64,000 nt of DNA from Promethearchaeota archaeon (GTDB lineage Archaea > Asgardarchaeota > Lokiarchaeia > Sigyniarchaeales > SOKP01). Position 1 is the first letter of the stretch. Each line of letters begins with the position of its first letter. The notes under the pieces are model-generated. The model searched no databases. It was not told where the DNA came from and saw only the letters and a program-made list of their open reading frames with translations. The translations under genes and the position numbers were made by a program. Positions 39,776-49,335 of this stretch are shown here, piece after piece. The DNA is taken from the NCBI GenBank assembly GCA_048941015.1, contig JBHLNZ010000001.1:32001-96000 (forward strand), written 5' to 3'.

Positions 39776-40549
39776 TCATTGAAGAAAATTCCTCTTCGTT
39801 GGGTAAGCGACTTCAGGGCGTTTCATGATAAAAGAATCATCTAGATCATTAGCCATACGATTAGCAATATCGAATGGAATACCCATAGATAAATAATTCT
39901 TAGGAAACCAATAATTTCCTGTAGGATCAGTGGGGCCAATAATTACATAATTTTTTGGATTATTTTCAGTCAAACTTGCTGGATAGGTGATAAAGGAAGC
40001 ACACGAGGGTCCCCAAGGAACTTTAATCATAAAATCTTTCTCTGGTCTAAAGAATGCTAAAGAACAAAGATTTCGTATTTGCTCCGCATTACCAAAACAA
40101 AGAAACGACTTTACGTTGATATCGTCATCTATAGAATCTGTCTTTTGAATTACTGTATAATTACCCATAGGTGTTATTTTACCCATAGATTTCAACTGTT
40201 GTTCTGCGAGTTCTGGATTAGCAAGTAAGAACTCAGCAGCTCCTCCTCGAAAGTCTTCTGAACCTGTTGAGACAAAATATTTTAGTCCAGGAAAGAATGA
40301 TTTATATCCTAACCAGGCTTGTCCTCCTGGGCAACAACCCTCTAAAGCATCATTTCCGATATATGCTGAATTAAAATTTTTATGTATTGATAAAGTAAAT
40401 ATTGCATTAGCAATACAACGATTAATTTCCTTAATGGGAACAGCATTCTCAGGAACTTGTTCTGATCCATATATGCTTAATGGATTTGAATCTAATTTTC
40501 CTGCTTGTTTCAATTTACTACCGATATCTTTAACAATCAGATGAGCCAT
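39776..40549 (-). CDS. DUF169-like protein
   Basis: CCPGGQAWLG, NAEQIRNL, GPSCA. Confidence 0.65.
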   Translation of the reverse strand: MAHLIVKDIGSKLKQAGKLDSNPLSIYGSEQVPENAVPIKEINRCIANAIFTLSIHKNFNSAYIGNDALEGCCPGGQAWLGYKSFFPGLKYFVSTGSEDFRGGAAEFLLANPELAEQQLKSMGKITPMGNYTVIQKTDSIDDDINVKSFLCFGNAEQIRNLCSLAFFRPEKDFMIKVPWGPSCASFITYPASLTENNPKNYVIIGPTDPTGNYWFPKNYLSMGIPFDIANRMANDLDDSFIMKRPEVAYPTKRNFLQ

Positions 40550-40581
40550 AAGTATTCTTAATGATTATTAGCTTTATTATA

Positions 40582-40959
40582 TTAACTTTTTTTATTGTTT
40601 TTCTTGTCTATTTTTAATGCTATATAAGTCCATAATCCAAATCCAAAATCAATGAATCCAAAAAGAACTAAAACCCAATTTGCCCAACCTAACAAATAAA
40701 ATGTGGTCAAGAAAATTGGTATTGTAAATCTTTCTTGTGCAGTAATTAGATAGAATGCTTCTAAACCGTCCTTAAAACTTGTTCGGATGTAAATATAGGA
40801 AAAAATTAAAAAGATCATACCAGTCATCCGAGACATTAAATCAGGTGATGTAATTACTCCTAAACCAGTCAAAACGAACTCTGGGAAAAATAAACAGAAA
40901 ATTCCAATGACTCCTACATAGATACCACAAACTAACATACTTAATGATGATTTATTCAT
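40582..40959 (-). CDS. Hypothetical 4-TM membrane protein
   Basis: Four hydrophobic segments. Confidence 0.65.
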   Translation of the reverse strand: MNKSSLSMLVCGIYVGVIGIFCLFFPEFVLTGLGVITSPDLMSRMTGMIFLIFSYIYIRTSFKDGLEAFYLITAQERFTIPIFLTTFYLLGWANWVLVLFGFIDFGFGLWTYIALKIDKKNNKKS

Positions 40960-41079
40960 AGTTTTACCCTCAAAAATCCGTTTTTTTTAATTGTAACCTT
41001 TTAATTTATTAGTGTTTTTAAGGTTAACCTCAAAAATTTAATAAGATTTTTCAAAATAAAAAAAAATAGAAAATAAATT

Positions 41080-42492
41080 TTAAGTTTCTTGTTTTCTAAT
41101 ATGCTCTAAATAAGCTTTTTCCTTTTCTAAATGAATTCTGTGTAACTCTTCTTTTTTCTTCCTCCATTCTGGACCGCTAAGAGGGAAGTATCTAATAAAA
41201 AAAGCACTTATTAAGATTAAAATCGCTGGTATAAGCGTAAAAGCAATCATGATACCTAATTTTACAGATTCTTCTTGTACTGCTCCCGGGGTATTGTTAA
41301 ATCCAAATAAAGTTATAACAGAAAGTAAAATCCAAGGACCTAATGAATTTGTTGGCTTAGTTACCAAAGCATTCATTCCAGCATAACTAGTCTCTCTTCT
41401 TTTACCTGTTAATATCTCATCATTATCAATTACATCTGCCATAACTAACTGATTTGTTATATAATAGCCGGATATACCGATCCCAATTAATACCATTGCT
41501 ATAAAAGAAGTATAAAGATTCCATGCTATAAAGAAGCTAATTATAAATGAAACACCAGTGAAAATGAGTACCAGTTCAAAAGTCCTTTTTAATCCATATT
41601 TTATAATTAATTTATTATAGATTGGAAAGAATAGAAAGACCACTACAAAAAAAACCAGTAATGGGAGCATTGCCATGAACCCTGATAATCCAAGCACAAA
41701 ATCCACCCAGTAAAGAACCCCATTCGTTAAAATGAATTGAGCAATTAAAAAGAAGATATTTGACACTTCGAATATTATAAAAGATCGATTTTTAAATGTT
41801 TCCACAATACTGTCTTTAATACCAAGTGGCTCTTCAAGTATGGTGTACTTATTTTGCTTAATATAAAAGCTACTTATATATAATATAATAGCTCCAATAA
41901 CACCTATGAAGAATACAGTAAAAAGAAATATTGGAAAGTTTGGATCACTGCTCGCTGGTTGATCACCCGTTAACAATAAAGCTGGGATCATAAAAGACAG
42001 TAATAACGATAATGCATTTCCAAAAGAACCAAACACATTTAAACTCGAACGTGCAGTACTTGTAATAGCCATTTCAGCCGGTAATGAGTATGAAATTAAT
42101 CCGACCATCGTAAACAACGTATCAAAAGCAAAAAGCATAATTAGCATATTTAAAAATAATCCAAATTGATTATCACTGCTCACAAATGGGATCCAACTTA
42201 GGATAAATAAAAAAGCATATACTATTCCTCCAAAGCGTATGTATGGGACCCTCCTGCCATACTTTTTTGATTTAGTACGGTCCTCAATAAATCCCAGCAG
42301 TGGATCGTTTATTGTATTCCAAAATATAAAAATCAACCAAGCTAATCCGGTCCAATATGCATCTAATCCGAGTTTTACATTGTAGAAGTAAGTAAAAGAC
42401 GTTGCTAAAACTAAGCTGTTGAAGATTCCACTTGTAAAATTAATTCCTCCATAAGCAAGTTTTGAGCTTCTAGGTACAAATTCTTCAGACAT
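41080..42492 (-). CDS. GPH (MelB-like) MFS symporter
   Basis: NDPLLGFIEDR..YGRRVPY, ADVIDNDE..GKRRE. Confidence 0.9.
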   Translation of the reverse strand: MSEEFVPRSSKLAYGGINFTSGIFNSLVLATSFTYFYNVKLGLDAYWTGLAWLIFIFWNTINDPLLGFIEDRTKSKKYGRRVPYIRFGGIVYAFLFILSWIPFVSSDNQFGLFLNMLIMLFAFDTLFTMVGLISYSLPAEMAITSTARSSLNVFGSFGNALSLLLSFMIPALLLTGDQPASSDPNFPIFLFTVFFIGVIGAIILYISSFYIKQNKYTILEEPLGIKDSIVETFKNRSFIIFEVSNIFFLIAQFILTNGVLYWVDFVLGLSGFMAMLPLLVFFVVVFLFFPIYNKLIIKYGLKRTFELVLIFTGVSFIISFFIAWNLYTSFIAMVLIGIGISGYYITNQLVMADVIDNDEILTGKRRETSYAGMNALVTKPTNSLGPWILLSVITLFGFNNTPGAVQEESVKLGIMIAFTLIPAILILISAFFIRYFPLSGPEWRKKKEELHRIHLEKEKAYLEHIRKQET

Positions 42493-42765
42493 AGTTAACC
42501 TACCAATTAAAAATTTTTTAAGATTTACTTATTTATCAATTAAGAAATTAATTAATAATTAACTCTAAAAACTATAAAAATATTTAACTTTGATTAAAAA
42601 AAAGCACTTTTCAAATTCTCTAATCATATTTTTTATTTAACAAAAATATTTTATAAGTGAACTGTACAAAGACAAGATAAACTATAAAAACTATTGTATA
42701 CAATTTAAGGTAATAATTTAATTAGGTTGATTTAGAGATATACTAGAAATTGAGGCATAAATTTT

Positions 42766-43266
42766 ATGAAGCATACAACAGGAATTACTTTATTAATTAT
42801 TGGCGGAATTTGCATGATTGTTAGTTCTGTGGCTGGAAGTATTCAAATATTTGAAAGTCTATATTTGATAATTGCGACTGAATGGCCAGAATTCGAACCA
42901 CTTGCTAATATAATCATCAACGTGATTTTTAGATGGATTGCGGATTTAGGCGGTATTGCTATAATTATTGGAGCAATATTGATAGCAGTAGGGACAGTGA
43001 GGTTTGGTAAATTTATAATTTGGATTGGCTTAGCTTTTGGAACCATAGCTTTAATTATTTGGGTAGTTACACAAATAGTACGCCTGACAGGAATTATAAC
43101 TGATCCAGCAATAGTTTTTTATCTAGAAGAACTATATAATCGATTCAACTATGGCACAGGATTAGGATTTGCGGGTGTAGTTATCGCAATAATAGGGAGA
43201 GCATTTGTGAGAAGGGTAAAAATAGTAGAAGTTGTTGAAGAGAAAGAATACTTATTTGAAGAGTAA
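42766..43266 (+). CDS. Hypothetical membrane protein
   Basis: About 4 TM segments, GAGG upstream. Confidence 0.65.
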   Translation: MKHTTGITLLIIGGICMIVSSVAGSIQIFESLYLIIATEWPEFEPLANIIINVIFRWIADLGGIAIIIGAILIAVGTVRFGKFIIWIGLAFGTIALIIWVVTQIVRLTGIITDPAIVFYLEELYNRFNYGTGLGFAGVVIAIIGRAFVRRVKIVEVVEEKEYLFEE

Positions 43267-43299
43267 TAAAAAAATCATTATTTTTTTTATACTTTTTCT

Positions 43300-43803
43300 T
43301 TAATCCATGTATTTAACTAGTTCTTCAAAGGATTTTCTTGGTCTTGGTTTAGGTATTGAGCCTTTTGGATATCCTAGAGGCATTACTGTCATTAAATAAT
43401 CCTTTTCAGTAAGATTTAATAATTTATGTATGACATCACGGTTAAAAATTCCAATCCAACATGTTCCAATACCAAATGCCCATGCTGATAATGCTAATTG
43501 TAAAGTCACAAAACTTAAATCATGAATATACCAATCAGGTTGAATCTCTTTATTACCTACAACAGCAACCAGAACAGGTGCTTGAGACGCGAACGGGCCT
43601 GTTGTACATTCCATTACTATTTTTTGTATTAATTCTTTATTTCGGATTACAATAAAACTCCAAGGCTGTCTATTCACAGCACTAAAACACCATTTGGTGG
43701 CTTCAAATATGTCTTTCAATATATTTTCCTCAATTGGACGTTCATCATAACTTCGAATACTTCTTCGTGTTTTTAAAAGTTCTAATCCTGAAATTTCAGA
43801 CAT
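43300..43803 (-). CDS. Nitroreductase family protein
   Basis: RRSIRSY, SAVNRQPW, GIGTCWIG, PLGYP. Confidence 0.92.
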   Translation of the reverse strand: MSEISGLELLKTRRSIRSYDERPIEENILKDIFEATKWCFSAVNRQPWSFIVIRNKELIQKIVMECTTGPFASQAPVLVAVVGNKEIQPDWYIHDLSFVTLQLALSAWAFGIGTCWIGIFNRDVIHKLLNLTEKDYLMTVMPLGYPKGSIPKPRPRKSFEELVKYMD

Positions 43804-43992
43804 AATTTTATCAATTTTTATAATGTCAATTTAAATTCAAAGAATATCAAAAATAAAGAAAGATATCATTTAAACATTTACCGAATAATTAGATTGAGCT
43901 TTCTAACCCTACTTTTAAATGATTTATAGAAATAGTATATGGATCTACCTTCTTGTTAAATTTTAATAAACTGTTTTTTTGAAAAAAAAATT

Positions 43993-44898
43993 TTAATAAA
44001 TATTATTTCTATCATTTTCTAGGCATTCACGAACTTTTACTAGAAAGCTACGTTTATTATATTCTAATTCAGTTTCAGGAAAAGCTAATAGACTCCAGTA
44101 ATACGCGAGAATCTCTTCTGGATGCAGTCTATGTTGATTATTATAGGGATCAATTTCTTCACATAAATCATATAATGCTTGAGGGGCATTAATGAATTTA
44201 GGTTGACTATTTTTGTATACGGGATAACAGATACTGTCTTTCAATTGAATAGTAAGAAAGCAAAATCGGAAGTATCGAAAGAAATACCCACCTTTATATG
44301 GTTGTTCTGAATAAAGAAATGGAGCTGCTTTTGTTTCACTCCCATTAAAATCTCTGAATTCTACATAGCAATTTTTTTTAACTGTATCAGGATTAGTAAC
44401 ATATAATTCTCGATACTCTTCTGGCATTTTTAATTCGGGACATGAAGTAAACCCCAATTTGGCATACAGATTATTTCTAAATTTGGGATAAAATGTACTT
44501 ATTATATGAAAAAGTTCATGTGTGATTAATTCTTTTAATTCATTGTAAGGCCAGCGAATCATTGAATTTGGCATATAAATACAACTCTTTCTGGTATATG
44601 CAGCATCACCTTCATCTAATCCTGTAGTTTTTATTAGCAGAATCTCAGCTGGTAAGATCTTTTGATATTGCTTATAAGCATTTTCAATCTCTTCAAAAAT
44701 TTTTTCGATTCTATCTTTCTCAATTTGAGTCCAATCAATAGTTTGCTGGGACAGAAATGTGATTAAATCCTCTTTTGATACTTCTTCCGAAGTTCCTAAT
44801 CGGGATTGTAAATCAAATTTACTAAAATTAGCGATATAATCATCTTTTTGAGCAATTAGTTTCGAACCTGGAATACTATCAATTAATTTAACTTTCAA
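43993..44898 (-). CDS. Putative zincin-type metallopeptidase
   Basis: AAYTR, HELFH (HExxH), NPD, HPEEILA. Confidence 0.65.
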   Translation of the reverse strand: MKVKLIDSIPGSKLIAQKDDYIANFSKFDLQSRLGTSEEVSKEDLITFLSQQTIDWTQIEKDRIEKIFEEIENAYKQYQKILPAEILLIKTTGLDEGDAAYTRKSCIYMPNSMIRWPYNELKELITHELFHIISTFYPKFRNNLYAKLGFTSCPELKMPEEYRELYVTNPDTVKKNCYVEFRDFNGSETKAAPFLYSEQPYKGGYFFRYFRFCFLTIQLKDSICYPVYKNSQPKFINAPQALYDLCEEIDPYNNQHRLHPEEILAYYWSLLAFPETELEYNKRSFLVKVRECLENDRNNIY

Positions 44899-45081
44899 AT
44901 TGAAATCTCCCTCTTAAGTTAAAAACAGCTTAACTATCTAATTTTTGTCTTTTTTAAATTAGGATTGGGTGATTAAATTATTATTGAGCATAATATTTAA
45001 GAGGTTAGAGGCTACTAAATTTTAATATATTAAAAATGGCTAATTGAATTTATTGATCTTTTCTCTTAATGATAAAATTTA

Positions 45082-45155
45082 GGGGTGGTAGTCCAGCTTG
45101 GTAGGATTCTTGGTTCGGGATCAAGAGGTCGAGGGTTCAAGTCCCTCCTACCCCA
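45082..45155 (+). tRNA. trnP: tRNA-Pro (anticodon CGG), intronless, CCA not encoded
   Basis: Acceptor GGGGTGG/CTACCCC + A; anticodon arm CTTGG-TTCGGGA-TCAAG; T arm GAGGG-TTCAAGT-CCCTC. Confidence 0.95.
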
Positions 45156-45185
45156 TTATAATGTTTTGTATCCTACACTTTTTAT

Positions 45186-47681
45186 TTATTCTAAAAACTC
45201 CTTAACTTCGATTATACTGTTCCTTGCTCTTTCTTTCCATTCATCCATATTCTCAAAATCACAGATACATCTCGCTGCGTGATCTAAGCCCTTCTCATAA
45301 CTCTCTTTTGCTTTTTCATACTCTTCAAGGGCTCTATAAGCATCTCCCATCTTGATAGCAGTTTGATAGCAGTACCATCCATTAGGCTCTATTTCCATAG
45401 CTTTCTGGAATTCTTGGATTGCTTGTTTGTATTTTCCAAACCATAACAAGATTTCACCATATGAATCATGATAATTTCCCTCATCAGGAGCAATTTCTAT
45501 TAATTTCTTACCGATCTCAATTGCTTCTTCTTTTTGGTTTAATTTTCCAAGTTCGTACAATTTACTATTGAAAAGTTCTGGATCAGAGGGTTCTTTTTCC
45601 AATAATTCATTAGTGATCTTTAGACTTTCACTATAATCTCCCATCCAATAGAGAAATGAAGACTTCTTTTGTAAAATCTTCTTTTCCTGATCTGGAAATT
45701 GTTTTAACAATTCATCCGTTAATCTAATTACCCCTTCAAAATCTTTTTCAAATTTCATTAATATTTTTATTTTCGAGAAATACAACCAAAGACTTTTTGG
45801 TTTTAAATTATTGATCTCATTTGTTTCTTCAAGCGCTTCTTGATATCTTTTTAATTCTTGTAATACAAAGCTCTTTAATTGATGGATAAGGGCTTTATTA
45901 GTATTATCAGTTTCTAATGAAATAGCTTTATCGGTAACGCTCAAGAAATCCTTATCTATATCCGACTTTCCTTTCTCAAAGTTATAAATTAAATTATATC
46001 CATGAACTAGTGCTTTTGCAAGATATGCTATTGAGTTTTTAGGGTGATCCTGTAGTAACTCATTAGCAACTCTTAATGCTTTCTTAAATTTACCTTGATT
46101 CAAATATATGAATGTAAAAATAAAAGAGCGACTTAGAGCTAACTGAGAATTAACAGAGACGATTGATTGATCAACTCCTTCTTTTAACAATTTTTCGGCT
46201 TCTTTATGTCTATTCAAATAGCAAAGAAGAATTGATTTAAGTATAATTAAATTTTGATTTTCTGCCTCCTTTTGTAGTTCTGATTCAGCTATCTCTAACG
46301 CTTCTTTTAGTTCCCAATCATCAATTAATTCCTGGATTTTGATGATTTGCTTATTCTCAGAAATATAAATCGATTCTAAAATACCTAAAATACTTGGATA
46401 TAAAAAGAAATAAGGATCACTATGATTTATTTGTAAATTTTCAAATTCGTTCATAAATTCTTGTATCGCAATTCCTCTGAGTTTATCATCTGTTTCGATC
46501 AATCTTCTTTGCTTTTCGATTTTATATGCTAAATGTTTGATATATTCTGGTAAAAATCTTTTTAACGCTTCTCTCATCTCTCCATTAAAAATATGATCAC
46601 AGATTTCATTTAATACTTGATTAACAACAATTGAGATATACATAACAGGAGGTTCACTAGAAGTATTATCGTAAAATTCATTTAAGTAAGTGAATTGTGT
46701 AATATAATCATCAACAATAGCTCTTAAAACTCTTTCAATTTTCTCACCAGCTTGGAAATAATAAGTACGCCCCTCATCATCTTCTAATTTGAAGAATTTA
46801 ATGGGAAATATTTTTTCGTCAATAATTTTCATGATAAAAAACTTCAATATCTCTTCTCTAATATTGAATTTTAGACAAAAGTCTTTAGCGGAAATGTAAT
46901 TAGGATACTGATTTGGATGATTAATTGCGATATATAATAAAATCTTGTTAAAATCTTCTTCAGCTATAAAGTTTTCAGATTTAGAATAATCTAATTTTAA
47001 TATATTGTTTAAAAGGCGAAACTTTATACCATTATCATCAATATTATACTTCTCAAAGAATTTACTCATTTTGTCAGTAATCTCTTTTACTCTTTTACGC
47101 TCTTCATCTAAAATAGATTGACGATCTAAATCGTACTCCTTTAAGATTTCAGCATAGGCAATCTTACCAGCATTAGCAATTCTATATTTATTATTCTCTT
47201 TTTTTATCAATCCATCCTCTTGTAAAAAATTCAAATTCTTCGATAATGAAGAATTGTTAATAAAAATTGGATTATCATCTCCTTGAAAATCCGACCATTT
47301 GCAATAATTATTATTATAGCATATCCATAAAATCCAATGGTAATAATTACGTCTTTTTAAGATAGTTTTTGGAGGATAACTTAATTTACGTTTAATTTTT
47401 CTCGATTTTGATAACTGTCTAAACCTTTCTTCACCCTCAGGGGTAATCTGATACTTTCCTCGTTCCTCATTGATGATAAATCCTTTATTTATTAACTTGT
47501 TTCTATAATTTGAGAATGTACTTTGACTAATATTAATTGGATCGTCTAGAAAGTCTGACCATTCACATTCCTCGTTATTAGATAACATCCAAAGAATAAT
47601 ATGTTCATAGTTTTTTCTTTCTGCATCCAGGATTTCTTTTGGTGGATAATTGGTTATTGCTGTTTTACTCACAAAAATCAC
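45186..47681 (-). CDS. Tandem winged-helix + TPR-repeat protein, copy 2
   Basis: NYEHIILWMLSNNEECEWSDF, YPPKTILKRRNYYHWILW, YDLDRQSIL, GNYHDSYGEIL shared with 11513-14449; fewer TPRs. Confidence 0.85.
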   Translation of the reverse strand: MIFVSKTAITNYPPKEILDAERKNYEHIILWMLSNNEECEWSDFLDDPINISQSTFSNYRNKLINKGFIINEERGKYQITPEGEERFRQLSKSRKIKRKLSYPPKTILKRRNYYHWILWICYNNNYCKWSDFQGDDNPIFINNSSLSKNLNFLQEDGLIKKENNKYRIANAGKIAYAEILKEYDLDRQSILDEERKRVKEITDKMSKFFEKYNIDDNGIKFRLLNNILKLDYSKSENFIAEEDFNKILLYIAINHPNQYPNYISAKDFCLKFNIREEILKFFIMKIIDEKIFPIKFFKLEDDEGRTYYFQAGEKIERVLRAIVDDYITQFTYLNEFYDNTSSEPPVMYISIVVNQVLNEICDHIFNGEMREALKRFLPEYIKHLAYKIEKQRRLIETDDKLRGIAIQEFMNEFENLQINHSDPYFFLYPSILGILESIYISENKQIIKIQELIDDWELKEALEIAESELQKEAENQNLIILKSILLCYLNRHKEAEKLLKEGVDQSIVSVNSQLALSRSFIFTFIYLNQGKFKKALRVANELLQDHPKNSIAYLAKALVHGYNLIYNFEKGKSDIDKDFLSVTDKAISLETDNTNKALIHQLKSFVLQELKRYQEALEETNEINNLKPKSLWLYFSKIKILMKFEKDFEGVIRLTDELLKQFPDQEKKILQKKSSFLYWMGDYSESLKITNELLEKEPSDPELFNSKLYELGKLNQKEEAIEIGKKLIEIAPDEGNYHDSYGEILLWFGKYKQAIQEFQKAMEIEPNGWYCYQTAIKMGDAYRALEEYEKAKESYEKGLDHAARCICDFENMDEWKERARNSIIEVKEFLE

Positions 47682-47752
47682 AATTAGTTCTTTAATACCG
47701 TTATAATATAATTATTGAAACTACAATTTAAAGTTACTTATACAAAATCTAA

Positions 47753-47818
47753 TAATGAACTTTCATTAAACTACATAGTTCATCTGAACTATATGTAGAA
47801 TAACTATAAATCGAAGTA
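47753..47818. promoter_or_regulatory. Divergent promoter with inverted-repeat operators and TATA box
   Basis: TAATGAActTTCATTA 47753-47768; ATAGTTCAtcTGAACTAT 47775-47792; TATAAAT 47805-47811; TCGAAGTA 47811-47818. Confidence 0.6.
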
Positions 47819-47856
47819 TATCTTATAATTAATTAAGAAAAAAAAAGTGATTAAAA

Positions 47857-48132
47857 ATGGTAGAAGCAAACTTAAACGGATTAGAAACAAAGAATAATAT
47901 TAATTGTGTAGATATCGAAAAGATAATCAAAGAATGTGTTTCAGAACTACAAGAAGAGAAGGCTAAAGTCTCAGTGATAAAAGATAATAATAAGAGTCGC
48001 TTGGATTCAAAATCAAGATCACTTAGAAGGCAATTAAATAAAAGTAAACATAATAATAAATACATTAACGAATTAAAAAATATAAAATATGTGAAGAGCC
48101 AGGTTCATTACAGGAATTTTGGCACCTATTAA
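47857..48132 (+). CDS. Small protein (91 aa), CVDIE...YRNFG family, copy 2
   Basis: GTGAT RBS at 47847; shared motifs with 14679-14918. Confidence 0.85.
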   Translation: MVEANLNGLETKNNINCVDIEKIIKECVSELQEEKAKVSVIKDNNKSRLDSKSRSLRRQLNKSKHNNKYINELKNIKYVKSQVHYRNFGTY

Positions 48133-48176
48133 TAAATCAAAAATAAAAATAAAAAAATGAAAGAGATGGAAACAAA

Positions 48177-48245
48177 ATGAAAAAATTTGAACGAATAATT
48201 ATGATAAAGAACGCAGGGTATAATACACAATATTTCAGATTCTAA
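48177..48245 (+). CDS. 22-aa peptide MKKFERIIMIKNAGYNTQYFRF (conserved peptide family)
   Basis: Manual translation; ungapped similarity to 15083 and 15206 peptides; GAGATGG upstream; T-tract downstream. Confidence 0.82.
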   Translation: MKKFERIIMIKNAGYNTQYFRF

Positions 48246-48282
48246 ATTAAATTTTTTTTCTAATATTTTTATTAAATTTATT

Positions 48283-48378
48283 CTCCAATTTGTGTAAAAC
48301 TTTCCAATCGATCACTTAATAGGATGATACGCACATACCTGGGCAGAGAAGAATGAATGCTCAGGGGCGTATCATCTT
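48283..48378 (+). ncRNA. Conserved structured non-coding element, copy 2 (function unknown)
   Basis: Stems AGGATGATACGC/GCGTATCATCTT and CCTGGGCA/TGCTCAGG; homologous to 15318-15406. Confidence 0.6.
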
Positions 48379-48504
48379 ACAAAACTTTGTAAATGTTTCC
48401 CTTAATATTTGTAGTAGAAATTTTCTAATTTTTTTCCGGAAAAGAAGAAATTTATAAATAGAAGGGAAGTATAGTTATTCATTAGAAATCATACGTAGAA
48501 GATC

Positions 48505-49086
48505 ATGAAAATAGATCAGAAACTTCTTCTAATATCAGCAGTTGTAACTGTTTTTACGATTATCTTTCTCCCTTTGTTTTTATGGGGTGAACCTAAACAT
48601 GGGGAGCTAATCCTGATGCCCCAGTTTTTTGGATGGGGCCCAAATTTCTTTTTTAATTTTTTTAGTCAAGCTCCATTGGAATTTTCTTGGTTAGTCGAAT
48701 ATGTAGGAACTGGAGAAGCAATCTTATATCTCATTTTGGTTGTTTTTTTTGGTATCTTCCTTTTTTCATGGATACTTCAATTGATTGGTATTATAAGCAA
48801 GAAAGGGGCAAAAATAATAGGTACTTTTGGTTCTATAATAGTATTGATTGCTGGGATTCTATTTTTACTTTTCGAAATTCATATCCCCATTAGTGAAATC
48901 GTTGACCTAAATCAAATGGGACAATTTCTATTTAGGCATCAAATAATACCATATGTGTACCCCCCAATTCCTTTCCCAATTAGAATTTTGAAAATTTCTC
49001 TAGGGATCTATACTTTGCTTGGTAGTGGAATAGTTGGATTTATAGCATTCGAAAGATTTATAGCATTCAGAAAGATCTATACTTGA
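48505..49086 (+). CDS. Hypothetical membrane protein
   Basis: About 4 TM segments. Confidence 0.65.
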   Translation: MKIDQKLLLISAVVTVFTIIFLPLFLWGEPKHGELILMPQFFGWGPNFFFNFFSQAPLEFSWLVEYVGTGEAILYLILVVFFGIFLFSWILQLIGIISKKGAKIIGTFGSIIVLIAGILFLLFEIHIPISEIVDLNQMGQFLFRHQIIPYVYPPIPFPIRILKISLGIYTLLGSGIVGFIAFERFIAFRKIYT

Positions 49087-49335
49087 AGTAAAAAGAATAT
49101 AAATATCTCTTCTTATATCAAAGAAAAATATGGATTATTACCTTAAAAAAAGAATTTTTTTAAAAGTATTGGGGATGAAGAAAGGTGGAAAAAACTGAAT
49201 TCTTAAATTTAGCAATGCTAACTAATTTCGTTCTTACGGGATATATTACTTTATTTTGCTAAAATTTAAAAATTTCTAATTTATTATTCATTGAGGAGAA
49301 AGCTAATCAATTTTCGTAAAACGAAATTGTAATTT

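Noticed and set aside
45085-45282. 65-aa ORF in the track
   Set aside because: It is a translation of the tRNA-Pro gene and overlaps the end of the TPR gene
48157-48180. 7-codon ORF MKEMETK overlapping the peptide start (ATGA)
   Set aside because: Too short, no counterpart in copy 1, and it coincides with the peptide's RBS region
48324-48392. Plus-strand micro-ORF in the element with in-frame TGA (possible selenocysteine), or the element as a SECIS
   Set aside because: The TGA aligns with CGA (Arg), not Cys, in copy 1; the ATGA pairs Watson-Crick with TCAT instead of forming the tandem G-A core of a SECIS
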